DNA from: an uncultured Candidatus Sumerlaeota bacterium
GTDB lineage: Bacteria > Sumerlaeota > Sumerlaeia > SLMS01
Direction of reading: 5' to 3'
DNA length: 56,419 nucleotides
Assembly: GCA_964420455.1 (NCBI GenBank)
Contig: CAYQTO010000007.1
Span: 1 to 56,419, forward strand
Position 1 is the stretch's first letter. Every line of letters begins with the position of its first letter. Shown here piece after piece: positions 44,869 to 53,328 of the stretch. The notes under the pieces were generated by a model that did no database searches, was not told the DNA's origin, and saw only the letters and a list, made by a program, of their open reading frames with translations. The translations under genes were made by a program, and so were the position numbers.

Positions 44869-45669
44869 TTAGAGGGGCTTGCGTTCGAACAGGAGGGCGC
44901 CGGCGGAGAGGGCCAGGCCCGTATAGATGGCGGCGTAGGCGATGAGGGCGAGGAACTCGCCCGGGGCGAGGGCCTCGATACCGTCGGTATAGCGGGTGAT
45001 GATATTGAGGTGGGAGAAGTTGGGGAGATAGTGGAGGGTCCATTCGACCAGGCGGGCAAAGCCACCGTCGCCAACGAGGCGGGTGCCGAGGCCCACCACC
45101 GTGTCCGTGCCCGCGACCAGCATCGCGAGGACGAGGAGGTTTACGGGAACCGGCAGCAGGAGCGAGAGAGTGAGCGCGAGGGAGGTGACAGCGAGGACGG
45201 CGAGAATCGCGAGGGTAAGGGTCTGGGCGAGAAGGGCGGGACTGGTTTGCGAGAGACGGGGAGCCACACCATAGGCGAGGGCGGTCAGGACCGCGAGGGT
45301 GACCACCCCAATGGTGGCGCTGGCGGCCCACTTGCCAAGGAAGTAGGACCCGCGGGCGAGGGGCTTGCCGAGGAGCGGGTAAAGGGTGCGCTGCTCGAGC
45401 TCCGTGGGAATCTGGCGGGCGGCGGTCAGGCCGCTGAGCAGGAGCGCCGCATAGAAGGCGAGGACCATCCCGAGGTTCAGCACGGCGGCCGAGACGGATT
45501 CGCTCTCGACCCCGACCAGGCGGACGATCAACGCGCCCATGACATAGAGCATCATGAGAATCGACAGGACATAGAGTTCCTTGCGGCGGAGGACCTCGAT
45601 AAAGACGCCGCGAGCAACGAGACCAATGGCGCGCCAGGCGGGGATGGGCGAGGTTGGGGCGGTGGTCAT
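44869..45669 (-). CDS. ABC-2 family permease (NosY/YhaP-like)
   Basis: Start at MTTAPTS (45669), overlapping the upstream stop. Six TM helices and the ELEQRTLYPLLGKPLARGSYFLGK motif. Confidence 0.65.
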   Translation of the reverse strand: MTTAPTSPIPAWRAIGLVARGVFIEVLRRKELYVLSILMMLYVMGALIVRLVGVESESVSAAVLNLGMVLAFYAALLLSGLTAARQIPTELEQRTLYPLLGKPLARGSYFLGKWAASATIGVVTLAVLTALAYGVAPRLSQTSPALLAQTLTLAILAVLAVTSLALTLSLLLPVPVNLLVLAMLVAGTDTVVGLGTRLVGDGGFARLVEWTLHYLPNFSHLNIITRYTDGIEALAPGEFLALIAYAAIYTGLALSAGALLFERKPL

Positions 45670-46454
45670 AGCGCGCGCCTCCGGAACAGGATCAGGGCCG
45701 CGACGAAAAACAAGCCTGCCCAGAAGAGCCCGTAGGCCGTCAGTATGGCCATCGGCTGGAGCCCGATGGGGCCCCACATCTCCCCCGCGTGCACCGTCTT
45801 CTCCGACAGGTCGAACAGGGCCAGCTGGGGGATTGCGTAGTTGGCCACCTGCATCGCGAACTGGCCCGGGCGCGACGCGAAGTCGTACAGGTTGCTGATG
45901 ATCGACATGATCGTCGAACTGATGAGGTAGAACAGCGTGCCGATCGTGATCGCCGCGTCGAGGTTCATGACCATCGACAGCCAGAAGCTGAGCGTCGCCA
46001 GGATCAGCATCATGAACATCTGGAGGTAGATATACTGAAAGAAGATCCCCCAGGGGATGGACTGGCCGAGGTAAAGGGATCCGGCGATATAGACACCCAT
46101 GAACAGGGCGAAGCAGAAGGCGGCGGCGAGCATGACGCCGAGGAGCTTGCCGCCGAGGAAGGTCAGGCGACTGATTGGCTTGGCGAGGAGCGGGTAGATG
46201 GTGCGATGCTGGAACTCGCGGGGGAGCTGGCGGGAGGCCAGCACGATCACCGTCAGCGCCGTGGCGGGACTCATGATCTTGAGCGCCACCTCGCGGTAGA
46301 ACTTGTACAGATCGTCGAGATTGAAGAAGTCCACGGTCATCACTGCCCCGATGATCAGGACGGTGATCATGACGATGGCGTAGATTTCCCGGCGGCGGAC
46401 CGCCTCGATCAGGACCGACCAGGCGATGAGCCAGGTCGCACGGAGGTGAGTCAT
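45666..46454 (-). CDS. ABC-2 family permease (NosY/YhaP-like), paralog
   Basis: 262 aa, six TM helices, EFQHRTIYPLLAKPISRLTFLGGK motif. Confidence 0.65.
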   Translation of the reverse strand: MTHLRATWLIAWSVLIEAVRRREIYAIVMITVLIIGAVMTVDFFNLDDLYKFYREVALKIMSPATALTVIVLASRQLPREFQHRTIYPLLAKPISRLTFLGGKLLGVMLAAAFCFALFMGVYIAGSLYLGQSIPWGIFFQYIYLQMFMMLILATLSFWLSMVMNLDAAITIGTLFYLISSTIMSIISNLYDFASRPGQFAMQVANYAIPQLALFDLSEKTVHAGEMWGPIGLQPMAILTAYGLFWAGLFFVAALILFRRRAL

Positions 46455-46481
46455 TCGAATGCCTCCGACGGGTTGCGGGGC

Positions 46482-47012
46482 TCAGGAATCGCGGGCCCCG
46501 CCCCCCCCGCTGGTGGTCTCGGTTTCCTGCCCGGAATTGTCGGCGTCGTTCTCATGGTCGTGATCTCGCGTTTCGCCCATGTCATGGCGCTCGTGGTCGC
46601 TTTCCATCACGAGATGCACCACGTCGTGGAGGCGCGAGACAAACCGTTCAAAGCCGCCGCGGGAAAAGGTGATCTCGTTGCCGATAAAGCCCATGTCAAG
46701 AAGGTGCTCCTCGGTGAGGATTTCGGCGAACTGGTCGCTGACCTTCACGTAGATCTGGTCGCCCTGTTCGAGGATCTGAATATCGGAATCGGGGTCGGCG
46801 CCGAAGACGATGTCGTGTTCCTCGGCGATGTGGAGGAGTTCGCCGTGGCGGAGGGGATCGAAGTCGGCCTGGGGGGCGCCGGCGGGCTGGGTGGTGGGTG
46901 CGGAAGTACCATTTGCCTCCGTTTCCTGCTCGGGGGCGGGGCCGCACCCGGCGACGACGAGTGTTCCAGCAAGCAACAGGGGAAGGATGAAAACTGGCCG
47001 GATCTGAGCCAT
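46482..47012 (-). CDS. lipoprotein with His/Asp/Glu-rich C-terminal tail (candidate metal-binding)
   Basis: Start at MAQIRPVFILPLLLAGTLVVAGC (lipobox). Tail HDVVHLVMESDHERHDMGETRDHDHENDAD. Confidence 0.5.
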   Translation of the reverse strand: MAQIRPVFILPLLLAGTLVVAGCGPAPEQETEANGTSAPTTQPAGAPQADFDPLRHGELLHIAEEHDIVFGADPDSDIQILEQGDQIYVKVSDQFAEILTEEHLLDMGFIGNEITFSRGGFERFVSRLHDVVHLVMESDHERHDMGETRDHDHENDADNSGQETETTSGGGGARDS

Positions 47013-47086
47013 GGTGGCAACCTCCTCAATGGTGGAGAGGGAAGGGTGCAGGAGAAGGGCCAAGGGCTTGTTGTTGAGGCGTGAAC

Positions 47087-47114
47087 TTGACGTAAGGGTG
47101 ACGGTGTGTATCAT
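47087..47114 (+). promoter_or_regulatory. sigma70-like promoter candidate for the metal-uptake operon
   Basis: TTGACG (47087-47092), 16-nt spacer, TATCAT (47109-47114). About 140 nt upstream of the substrate-binding-protein start. Confidence 0.35.
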
Positions 47115-47117
47115 GTC

Positions 47118-47149
47118 CCCCTAAATTTAGTTCATGGTACAAATAGGGG
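47118..47149. promoter_or_regulatory. AT-rich palindromic operator candidate in the divergent intergenic region
   Basis: Perfect 10-bp palindrome CTAAATTTAG (47121-47130), nested in CCCCTA(47118-47123)...TAGGGG(47144-47149). It lies just downstream of the putative -10 and is the most AT-rich spot in an otherwise GC-rich spacer. Confidence 0.4.
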
Positions 47150-47253
47150 TTGCGTGGGAGTGGGATTCTGCCGCAATCCCAACGCGCCGCCGGGCAGGAG
47201 GGAGCCGCCTGCCGGCCCGCCTGGCGAATTCCCCCCTCGGAGGATCCCGAGCG

Positions 47254-48213
47254 ATGTCCCTTCGTCTTCTTCTTGTGGTGCTCCTGTTTGCGCTGCTGCC
47301 GGCGGGCAGCCGGGCAGCCTATCAGGGCGAGTATCCTTACTCGATCGTCGCGAGCACCGGCATGGTTGCCGACGTTGTGATGCAGGTGGCCGGCGAACGC
47401 GCCGACGTGACAACGATCATCTCGGCGGGGCTCGATCCCCACCTGTACAAGCCGAGCCGCAGTGACGTCATGAACATGTCGCGTGCGGATCTGATCTTCT
47501 ACAACGGGCTGCTGCTGGAAGGACAGATGGGCGATGTGTTCGTGCGGATGGCTCGCCAGCGGCCGGTCTATGCGGTCACGGAACTGCTCGACGAGTCCAC
47601 TCTGCTCCAGGACGGGGAATACAACGACCCGCATGTCTGGATGAACGTTCGCAAGTGGATGCTGGCGACGGAGGTGGTGCGGGATGCGTTGATCGCCTTC
47701 GACCCGGAAAACGCCGAGGAATACCGGGCGAACGCGGCAGACTACCGGGCCGAACTGGAGCAGCTCCATGCCTATGTCGAGCGGGTGCTCGGATCAATTC
47801 CCGAGGAAAAGCGGGTGCTGATCACCGCCCACGATGCGTTCAACTATCTGGGCGCGGAATATGGCCTTGAAGTGATGGGCATCCAGGGGCTTTCGACCGA
47901 ATCGGAGGCGGGCCTCCAGGACATCAACCAGCTGGTGGATCTGATCGTCGAGCGCGGCATCGGGGCTGTCTTTATCGAGACGACGATCAACGACAAGAAT
48001 GTGCGGGCGTTGATCGAGGGGGCGGCCTCGCGGGGCCACACGGTCACCATCGGCGGGGAGCTCTTCTCGGATGCCATGGGCAGCCAGGGAACCTACGAGG
48101 GGACCTACATCGGCATGATCGACCACAACGCGACGGTGATCGCCCGGGCGCTGGGCGGCGAGGCCCCGCCCCGCGGCATGAACAACAAGCTCGCGGTGGA
48201 GAACGGAATCTGA
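47254..48213 (+). CDS. metal ABC transporter substrate-binding protein (TroA/ZnuA/MntC cluster)
   Basis: Signal peptide, then IVASTGMVADVV...LDPHLYKPSRSD...DPHVWMN...ITAHDAFNY, the metal-ligand motifs of cluster A-I binding proteins. Confidence 0.85.
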   Translation: MSLRLLLVVLLFALLPAGSRAAYQGEYPYSIVASTGMVADVVMQVAGERADVTTIISAGLDPHLYKPSRSDVMNMSRADLIFYNGLLLEGQMGDVFVRMARQRPVYAVTELLDESTLLQDGEYNDPHVWMNVRKWMLATEVVRDALIAFDPENAEEYRANAADYRAELEQLHAYVERVLGSIPEEKRVLITAHDAFNYLGAEYGLEVMGIQGLSTESEAGLQDINQLVDLIVERGIGAVFIETTINDKNVRALIEGAASRGHTVTIGGELFSDAMGSQGTYEGTYIGMIDHNATVIARALGGEAPPRGMNNKLAVENGI

Positions 48214-48238
48214 ATCCGAACCCGAAGGAGTCCGCTAC

Positions 48239-49087
48239 ATGGCTGTGGCCGAGTTGATCAACCGGACGGAGGAAACTAAAACGACACCCCATCGCGCACA
48301 CAGCAACGGCAGAAGGATGGCGGCGGATCACTCCGCCGCCTCGCCCCTTTCCATCCACGACATGACGGTGGCGTATCACCGTCGGCCGGTTCTCTGGGAT
48401 GTGGACCTGGACCTGCCGGATCGTCAGTTGATTGCCCTGGTGGGGCCAAACGGGGCGGGCAAGAGCACGATGCTCAAGGCTGCGCTCGAACTCGTGCCCC
48501 GGGCCTCCGGTGACGTGCGTGTTTACGGCAAACCTTACGGACGCCAGCGCCATCTGGTGGCGTACGTGCCCCAGCGGGAATCGGTCGACTGGGACTTCCC
48601 GGTGACCGCACTGGATGTGGTGACGATGGGGCGCTACCGCCAGGCGGGATGGTTCTGGCCGGTGGGGCGCGCACATCGCGATGCTGCCCGGGATGCCCTC
48701 GCCAAGGTGGGTCTGGAGGGGTTTGCGAACCGCCAGATCAATCAGCTTTCCGGCGGCCAGCAGCAGCGCGTGTTCCTCGCGCGGGCCCTCGCCCAGGACG
48801 CCCGCCTGTACCTGATGGACGAGCCCTTCTCGGGCGTGGATGCCGCCACGGAACGGGCGATCGTCACCCTCCTGCACGAACTGCGCGAGCAGGGAAAGAC
48901 CGTCCTCGTCGTCCATCACGACCTCCAGACGGTTCCCCAGTACTTCAACTACGTCGTCATGCTGAACATGCGCGTGGTGGCCCACGGGCCGGTGGACGAG
49001 GTCTTCACTGAGGAGAACCTTCGGAAGACCTACGGCGGCAAGCTGACGCTGCTGACGGCGGCGGCGGAGGCGTTCGCGAAACGTTGA
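48239..49087 (+). CDS. metal ABC transporter ATP-binding protein (TroB/ZnuC-like)
   Basis: GPNGAGKSTML, LSGGQQQRV and LMDEPFSGVD. The start may be the internal Met at MAADHS. Confidence 0.9.
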   Translation: MAVAELINRTEETKTTPHRAHSNGRRMAADHSAASPLSIHDMTVAYHRRPVLWDVDLDLPDRQLIALVGPNGAGKSTMLKAALELVPRASGDVRVYGKPYGRQRHLVAYVPQRESVDWDFPVTALDVVTMGRYRQAGWFWPVGRAHRDAARDALAKVGLEGFANRQINQLSGGQQQRVFLARALAQDARLYLMDEPFSGVDAATERAIVTLLHELREQGKTVLVVHHDLQTVPQYFNYVVMLNMRVVAHGPVDEVFTEENLRKTYGGKLTLLTAAAEAFAKR

Positions 49088-50538
49088 GAACGGCGCCGGC
49101 CATCCGCAGTTCGCTCACGTCGCTTCTTGCCGGCCTCCTCGGTCTGGTGGGCCTTCCGCTTACCGCATGGGCCGACGTGGCCGGAGGGGGCGAAAGCTTC
49201 CTCCCGGATTCGGCGCGGGTCTTCCGCGTCCTCCTGCTCCAGGACTACAACACCCAGGTGGTGCTGGCGGCGACGACGATTCTCGGGGTCGCCTCGGGAT
49301 TCGTCGGCACCCTGCTGCTGCTGCGCAAGCGGGCGCTGCTGAGCGACACGGTCAGCCACGCGACCCTGCCGGGGATCGCCCTTGGGTTCATCCTGCTCGT
49401 CTCGCTCGGGTTTGAAGGAAAGGACTTCTTTGCCCTGATTCTGGGGGCGCTGGCAACCGGCGCCCTCAGCGTGTTGTGTGTGCAGGCGATCCGGGCAGGC
49501 ACACGGCTGAAGGACGACGCGGCACTCGCCATCGTGTTGAGCGGCTTCTTTGCGCTGGGGCTGGTGTTCCTGGGGTTCGCGACGCGGCTGGAGGGAGGGA
49601 GCGCGGCAGGCCTGACCGGGTATATCTACGGCAAAACCGCCTCGATGATCCTGCGCGACATGCAGTTGATCGGCGCGGTGGCGCTGGTGTGCGCGGCGGT
49701 CTGCGGGCTGCTGCTGAAGGAGTTCACCATTCTTTGCTTCGATGCGGAATTCGCCGCGTCACAGGGATGGCCGGTCTACTGGCTGGACCTGTTGCTGATG
49801 ACGCTGATTGTGGTGGTGACGGTGATCGGAATCCAGTCGGTCGGCCTGATCCTGGTGGTGGCGATGCTGGTGATTCCGGCGGCGGCGGCGCGTTTCTGGA
49901 CCGACGAGCTCGGGCCGATGATGCTGATTGCGGGGGGGATTGGCGGCGCGAGCGGCTTCGTTGGAACCTTGTTGAGCGCGCTTTTCCGCGACATGCCGGC
50001 GGGGGCGATCATCGTGCTATCGGCGACCGCCCTGTTCGTCGTGAGTCTTTTTCTTGGTACGCGGCGTGGGGCGCTGCTGCGCTGGTGGGGCCAGCTAAGG
50101 CTGACCAGGCGCGTGCAGCGGCAGCACCTTCTGCGGGCGGCCCTGGAGTTCGAGGAGACGCACGGCCGCCGGGCCTTTGGGTCCGAGGACCTGATGGCCT
50201 ACCGGTCCTGGAAAGGGGCCGTGCTCCGGCGCATCCTCGGCCGGGCGACCCGGCGGGGTGATGTCCAGCGCCAGCCCGATGGCACCTTCACCCTTTCGGA
50301 GGAGGGGCGGCGCGACGCCGTGCGCTTTGTCCGCAACCACCGCCTCTGGGAGACCTATCTGATCGCCTTCGCCGATGTGGCGCCAAACCACGTGGACCGC
50401 GACGCGGATGCGATCGAGCATGTGCTCGACCCCGACATGATCCAGCACTTGGAGGGAATCGTGGAGGGCGAGGACAAGGCACGTCCGTTTCCGGCGAGCC
50501 CCCACCGCCTCGCCGACGAGGGAGCGGCGCCCGCATGA
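49084..50538 (+). CDS. metal ABC transporter permease fused to a C-terminal DtxR/MntR-like domain
   Basis: TroC/ZnuB-type permease core (~330 aa). The C-terminal ~140 aa carries a winged-helix-like segment and NHRLWETYL...VDRDADAIEHVLDP, the DtxR dimerisation/metal-site signature. TTG start overlaps the upstream stop, so the start is uncertain. Confidence 0.8.
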   Translation: MRTAPAIRSSLTSLLAGLLGLVGLPLTAWADVAGGGESFLPDSARVFRVLLLQDYNTQVVLAATTILGVASGFVGTLLLLRKRALLSDTVSHATLPGIALGFILLVSLGFEGKDFFALILGALATGALSVLCVQAIRAGTRLKDDAALAIVLSGFFALGLVFLGFATRLEGGSAAGLTGYIYGKTASMILRDMQLIGAVALVCAAVCGLLLKEFTILCFDAEFAASQGWPVYWLDLLLMTLIVVVTVIGIQSVGLILVVAMLVIPAAAARFWTDELGPMMLIAGGIGGASGFVGTLLSALFRDMPAGAIIVLSATALFVVSLFLGTRRGALLRWWGQLRLTRRVQRQHLLRAALEFEETHGRRAFGSEDLMAYRSWKGAVLRRILGRATRRGDVQRQPDGTFTLSEEGRRDAVRFVRNHRLWETYLIAFADVAPNHVDRDADAIEHVLDPDMIQHLEGIVEGEDKARPFPASPHRLADEGAAPA

Positions 50539-51845
50539 TCTGGACGATGTTCGATACGTGGATCGTGCTGGCGGGGGCGCTGCCGGCGATGGCGTGCGCG
50601 CTCCTGGGATGCTTTCTGGTGCTCCGGCGGATGTCGATGATGGGCGATGCGATCAGCCACACGGTGCTGCCCGGGATCGCCGTGGGGTTCATGATCACGG
50701 GAGCGCGGACCGACTGGCCGATGTTCCTTGGGGCCTGCCTTGCGGGAGTGGTGACGGTGGTGCTGATCCAGTTCGTCCGCCGACTCGGTCAGGTGGAGGA
50801 GGGCGCCGCGATGGGTGTCATCTTCACCGCCTTGTTCGCGGTCGGATTGATCCTCATCCGGTGGGTGGCCGACCGCCACCGGGTGGACCTGGACCCGGAC
50901 TGCGTCCTGTATGGCCAGGTGGAACTGACGCCCCTCTACACGGTGACCTTGTGGGGTTTCGAGGTGCCAAAGGCGGTGTTCGTGGGGGCACTGTTCCTCG
51001 CGATCAATCTCCTCTTTGTGGGGATGTTCTATAAAGAGCTTAAAATTGTCAGCTTTGATCCGGACTTCGCGACCACTCAGGGCTTTTCGTCTCAAGCGCT
51101 TCACTATATTCTCATGGTGTTGATTGCGGCGACGGTGGTGGCGGCCTTCGAGGCGGTCGGAAGCATCCTGGTCATTGCCATGCTGGTGATCCCGGGGGCG
51201 GCCGCCTACCTGCTGACGGATCGACTGCCGGTGATGCTGGTGCTGAGCGTGCTGATCGCCGGGTTTGGAGCGTTCCTCGGCCACGCGGCCTCCATCGCGA
51301 TCCCCCACGTGTTCAACGTCCCGGAAACGTATTCGGCGGGCCTGATGGGGGTGGCCGTGTTGGGCCTTTTCGTGGTCGCGATGGCGTTCTCGCCGAAGTA
51401 CGGGGTCCTCGCCCGGCTGGTTGCCCGGCTGCGGCTAAGTCTCAAGATTACAAGGGACGACGTGCTCGGTCTCTTGTACCGGCATGACGAGTTGGACCCC
51501 GGTGATGCGTTGCGCATGACCCCGCACCGGATCCGCGAGGCGCTCGATCGTGGATGGCTCACGGGCCTCGCGTTGCGCCGGCTTCAAGCGGCGGGAATGG
51601 TCGCCCGGCACGGGGATCAGTTTGAACTGACCGTGCCGGGGCGGGAACAGGCCCGCGAGGTGGTCCGCTCCCATCGCCTTTGGGAGTCCTATCTGGTCGA
51701 ACGGTTGGGGTTGAAGGCGGACCACGTCCACGCGCCGGCGGAGCGGTTGGAACACATCACCGACAGGACCATGCGCGAGCGCCTTGCGGAGGTCGTCCAG
51801 GACCCGAGACACGATCCGCATGCTCGGGATATTCCCCCGGAGTAA
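50535..51845 (+). CDS. second metal ABC transporter permease, also fused to a C-terminal DtxR/MntR-like domain
   Basis: TroD-type permease core. C-terminal ...LRRLQAAGMVARHGDQFELT...SHRLWESYLVERLGLKADHVHAPAERLEHITD. ATGA overlap with the upstream permease. Confidence 0.8.
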   Translation: MIWTMFDTWIVLAGALPAMACALLGCFLVLRRMSMMGDAISHTVLPGIAVGFMITGARTDWPMFLGACLAGVVTVVLIQFVRRLGQVEEGAAMGVIFTALFAVGLILIRWVADRHRVDLDPDCVLYGQVELTPLYTVTLWGFEVPKAVFVGALFLAINLLFVGMFYKELKIVSFDPDFATTQGFSSQALHYILMVLIAATVVAAFEAVGSILVIAMLVIPGAAAYLLTDRLPVMLVLSVLIAGFGAFLGHAASIAIPHVFNVPETYSAGLMGVAVLGLFVVAMAFSPKYGVLARLVARLRLSLKITRDDVLGLLYRHDELDPGDALRMTPHRIREALDRGWLTGLALRRLQAAGMVARHGDQFELTVPGREQAREVVRSHRLWESYLVERLGLKADHVHAPAERLEHITDRTMRERLAEVVQDPRHDPHARDIPPE

Positions 51846-51955
51846 GGACTGCCTTGACTGGGACCCGGCGTCTCTCACTCTGAATTCACTTCAGCGAAGT
51901 TACCATCATTCTACCCCTCGCCACCGAGGCCCCGCTCCGGAGACCCCACCCAGCC

Positions 51956-53272
51956 ATGCGGTTCCTCTTCATCAACCAGTATTATGCGCCGGATTACGCG
52001 GCGACCGCCCAGTTCCTCGCGGACATGTGCGAAAGCCTCGCGGCCATGGGCCACGACGTCCATGTGCTGGCCAGCCGCTCCGTGTATGACGGACGGGATC
52101 TGGAACTGCCGGCGTACGAGAGGCGCAACGGCGTCCACGTTCACCGGATCGACATCGCGAGCGGCGAGCGGGCCCGCTTTCGCGACCGGATGAAGGGGTA
52201 CCTTTCGTTCTATTTGAACTCGTTTCTGGCCGTGCACCGGGTGCCGCGGGCGGATGTGGTGGTGGCGCTGACCACGCCGCCGCTGATTGGCCTTCTTGGG
52301 GCGTACCTGCGCGTGGTGCGTCGGTCGCGCCTCGTGCTTTGGACGATGGATGTGTACCCGGAGATTGCCGTCCGCGCCGGGGTGCTTCCCCGAATCGGCA
52401 TCCTCACGGCGCTCTGGTCCCTTCTGGCCTCCGTCTGCCACCGGCTGGCGAACCGGGTTGTGGTCCTCGGCGGCGACATGGCGGACGAACTGCGCCGAAA
52501 GGGAGTGCCCCAGTCCAAGATCGACGTGGTCACCTGTTGGGCAAATGCGGACGAGGTTTTTCCCGTGGCCGAGGAGCGGAACGACTTCCGCCGGACGCAC
52601 TTTCCAGGTGACGATTTCGTCCTCATGTACTCGGGCAACATGGGCAGCTGCCATGAGTTCCGGACGCTGGCGGGGGCGCTCAAAAGCCTTCGGGGGAAGG
52701 GCGGGTCGTTCTTCCGGACGGCTCTGGTGGGCGGCGGCAAGGGGCGCCACTACCTCGAGGAGCAACTCACCAGTCCCGAGGACCGGGCGACCTTCCTGCC
52801 CTACCAGGAGCGCGAGGCGCTTTGCGAGTCCCTCTCGGCGGCGGACGCCCACCTGATTTCCCTCCAGCCGAAGTACGACGGCCTGCTGGTTCCGAGCAAG
52901 TTGTACGCGATCATGGCGGTGGCGCGGCCGGTGTTGTTTGTCGGTTCGCGGCGCAACCACATCGCCCGGGTGATCGAGGAGGCCGGATGCGGCATCGTGG
53001 TGACTCCGGGAGACGAGGCGGGGCTGCTCGCGGCGGTCCGGCGTCTGGCGGAAGACCGGAACCAGGCCCGGGCGATGGGCGACCGGGGCCGCGAGTACTT
53101 CCAGCGTCACTTTGATCGCGATCCGGTCTGCCACGAGTTCGCACTGCTGCTCGAGCGGGAGGCGTCGGCCCCTGGGCTGCGGGGTCGCCGGCGTCTTTCC
53201 CACGCCGCACGGGTCTTCGATCCGGAGACCGGCACACGGCTCGACACGGAGCCCCTTCGCGGCACCTATTGA
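51956..53272 (+). CDS. family 4 (GT-B) glycosyltransferase, WcaI-like
   Basis: MRFLFINQYYAPDYAATAQ N-terminus is typical of WcaI-type GT4 enzymes. C-terminal EGLLVPSKLY-type sugar-nucleotide site. Confidence 0.8.
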   Translation: MRFLFINQYYAPDYAATAQFLADMCESLAAMGHDVHVLASRSVYDGRDLELPAYERRNGVHVHRIDIASGERARFRDRMKGYLSFYLNSFLAVHRVPRADVVVALTTPPLIGLLGAYLRVVRRSRLVLWTMDVYPEIAVRAGVLPRIGILTALWSLLASVCHRLANRVVVLGGDMADELRRKGVPQSKIDVVTCWANADEVFPVAEERNDFRRTHFPGDDFVLMYSGNMGSCHEFRTLAGALKSLRGKGGSFFRTALVGGGKGRHYLEEQLTSPEDRATFLPYQEREALCESLSAADAHLISLQPKYDGLLVPSKLYAIMAVARPVLFVGSRRNHIARVIEEAGCGIVVTPGDEAGLLAAVRRLAEDRNQARAMGDRGREYFQRHFDRDPVCHEFALLLEREASAPGLRGRRRLSHAARVFDPETGTRLDTEPLRGTY

Positions 53273-53328
53273 CGTTCCCGGGCGTGGCGGTCGCCGCCCG
53301 GTAATCCCCATGTGGGGGCGTCGTCGCG

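Noticed and set aside
47026-47769. 247-aa minus-strand ORF, and the 210-aa extended form of the lipoprotein ORF (to 47114), covering the divergent control region
   Set aside because: The first overlaps the TroA-like gene in antisense. The second adds 34 residues with no signal-peptide character upstream of a canonical Met plus lipobox start at 47012.
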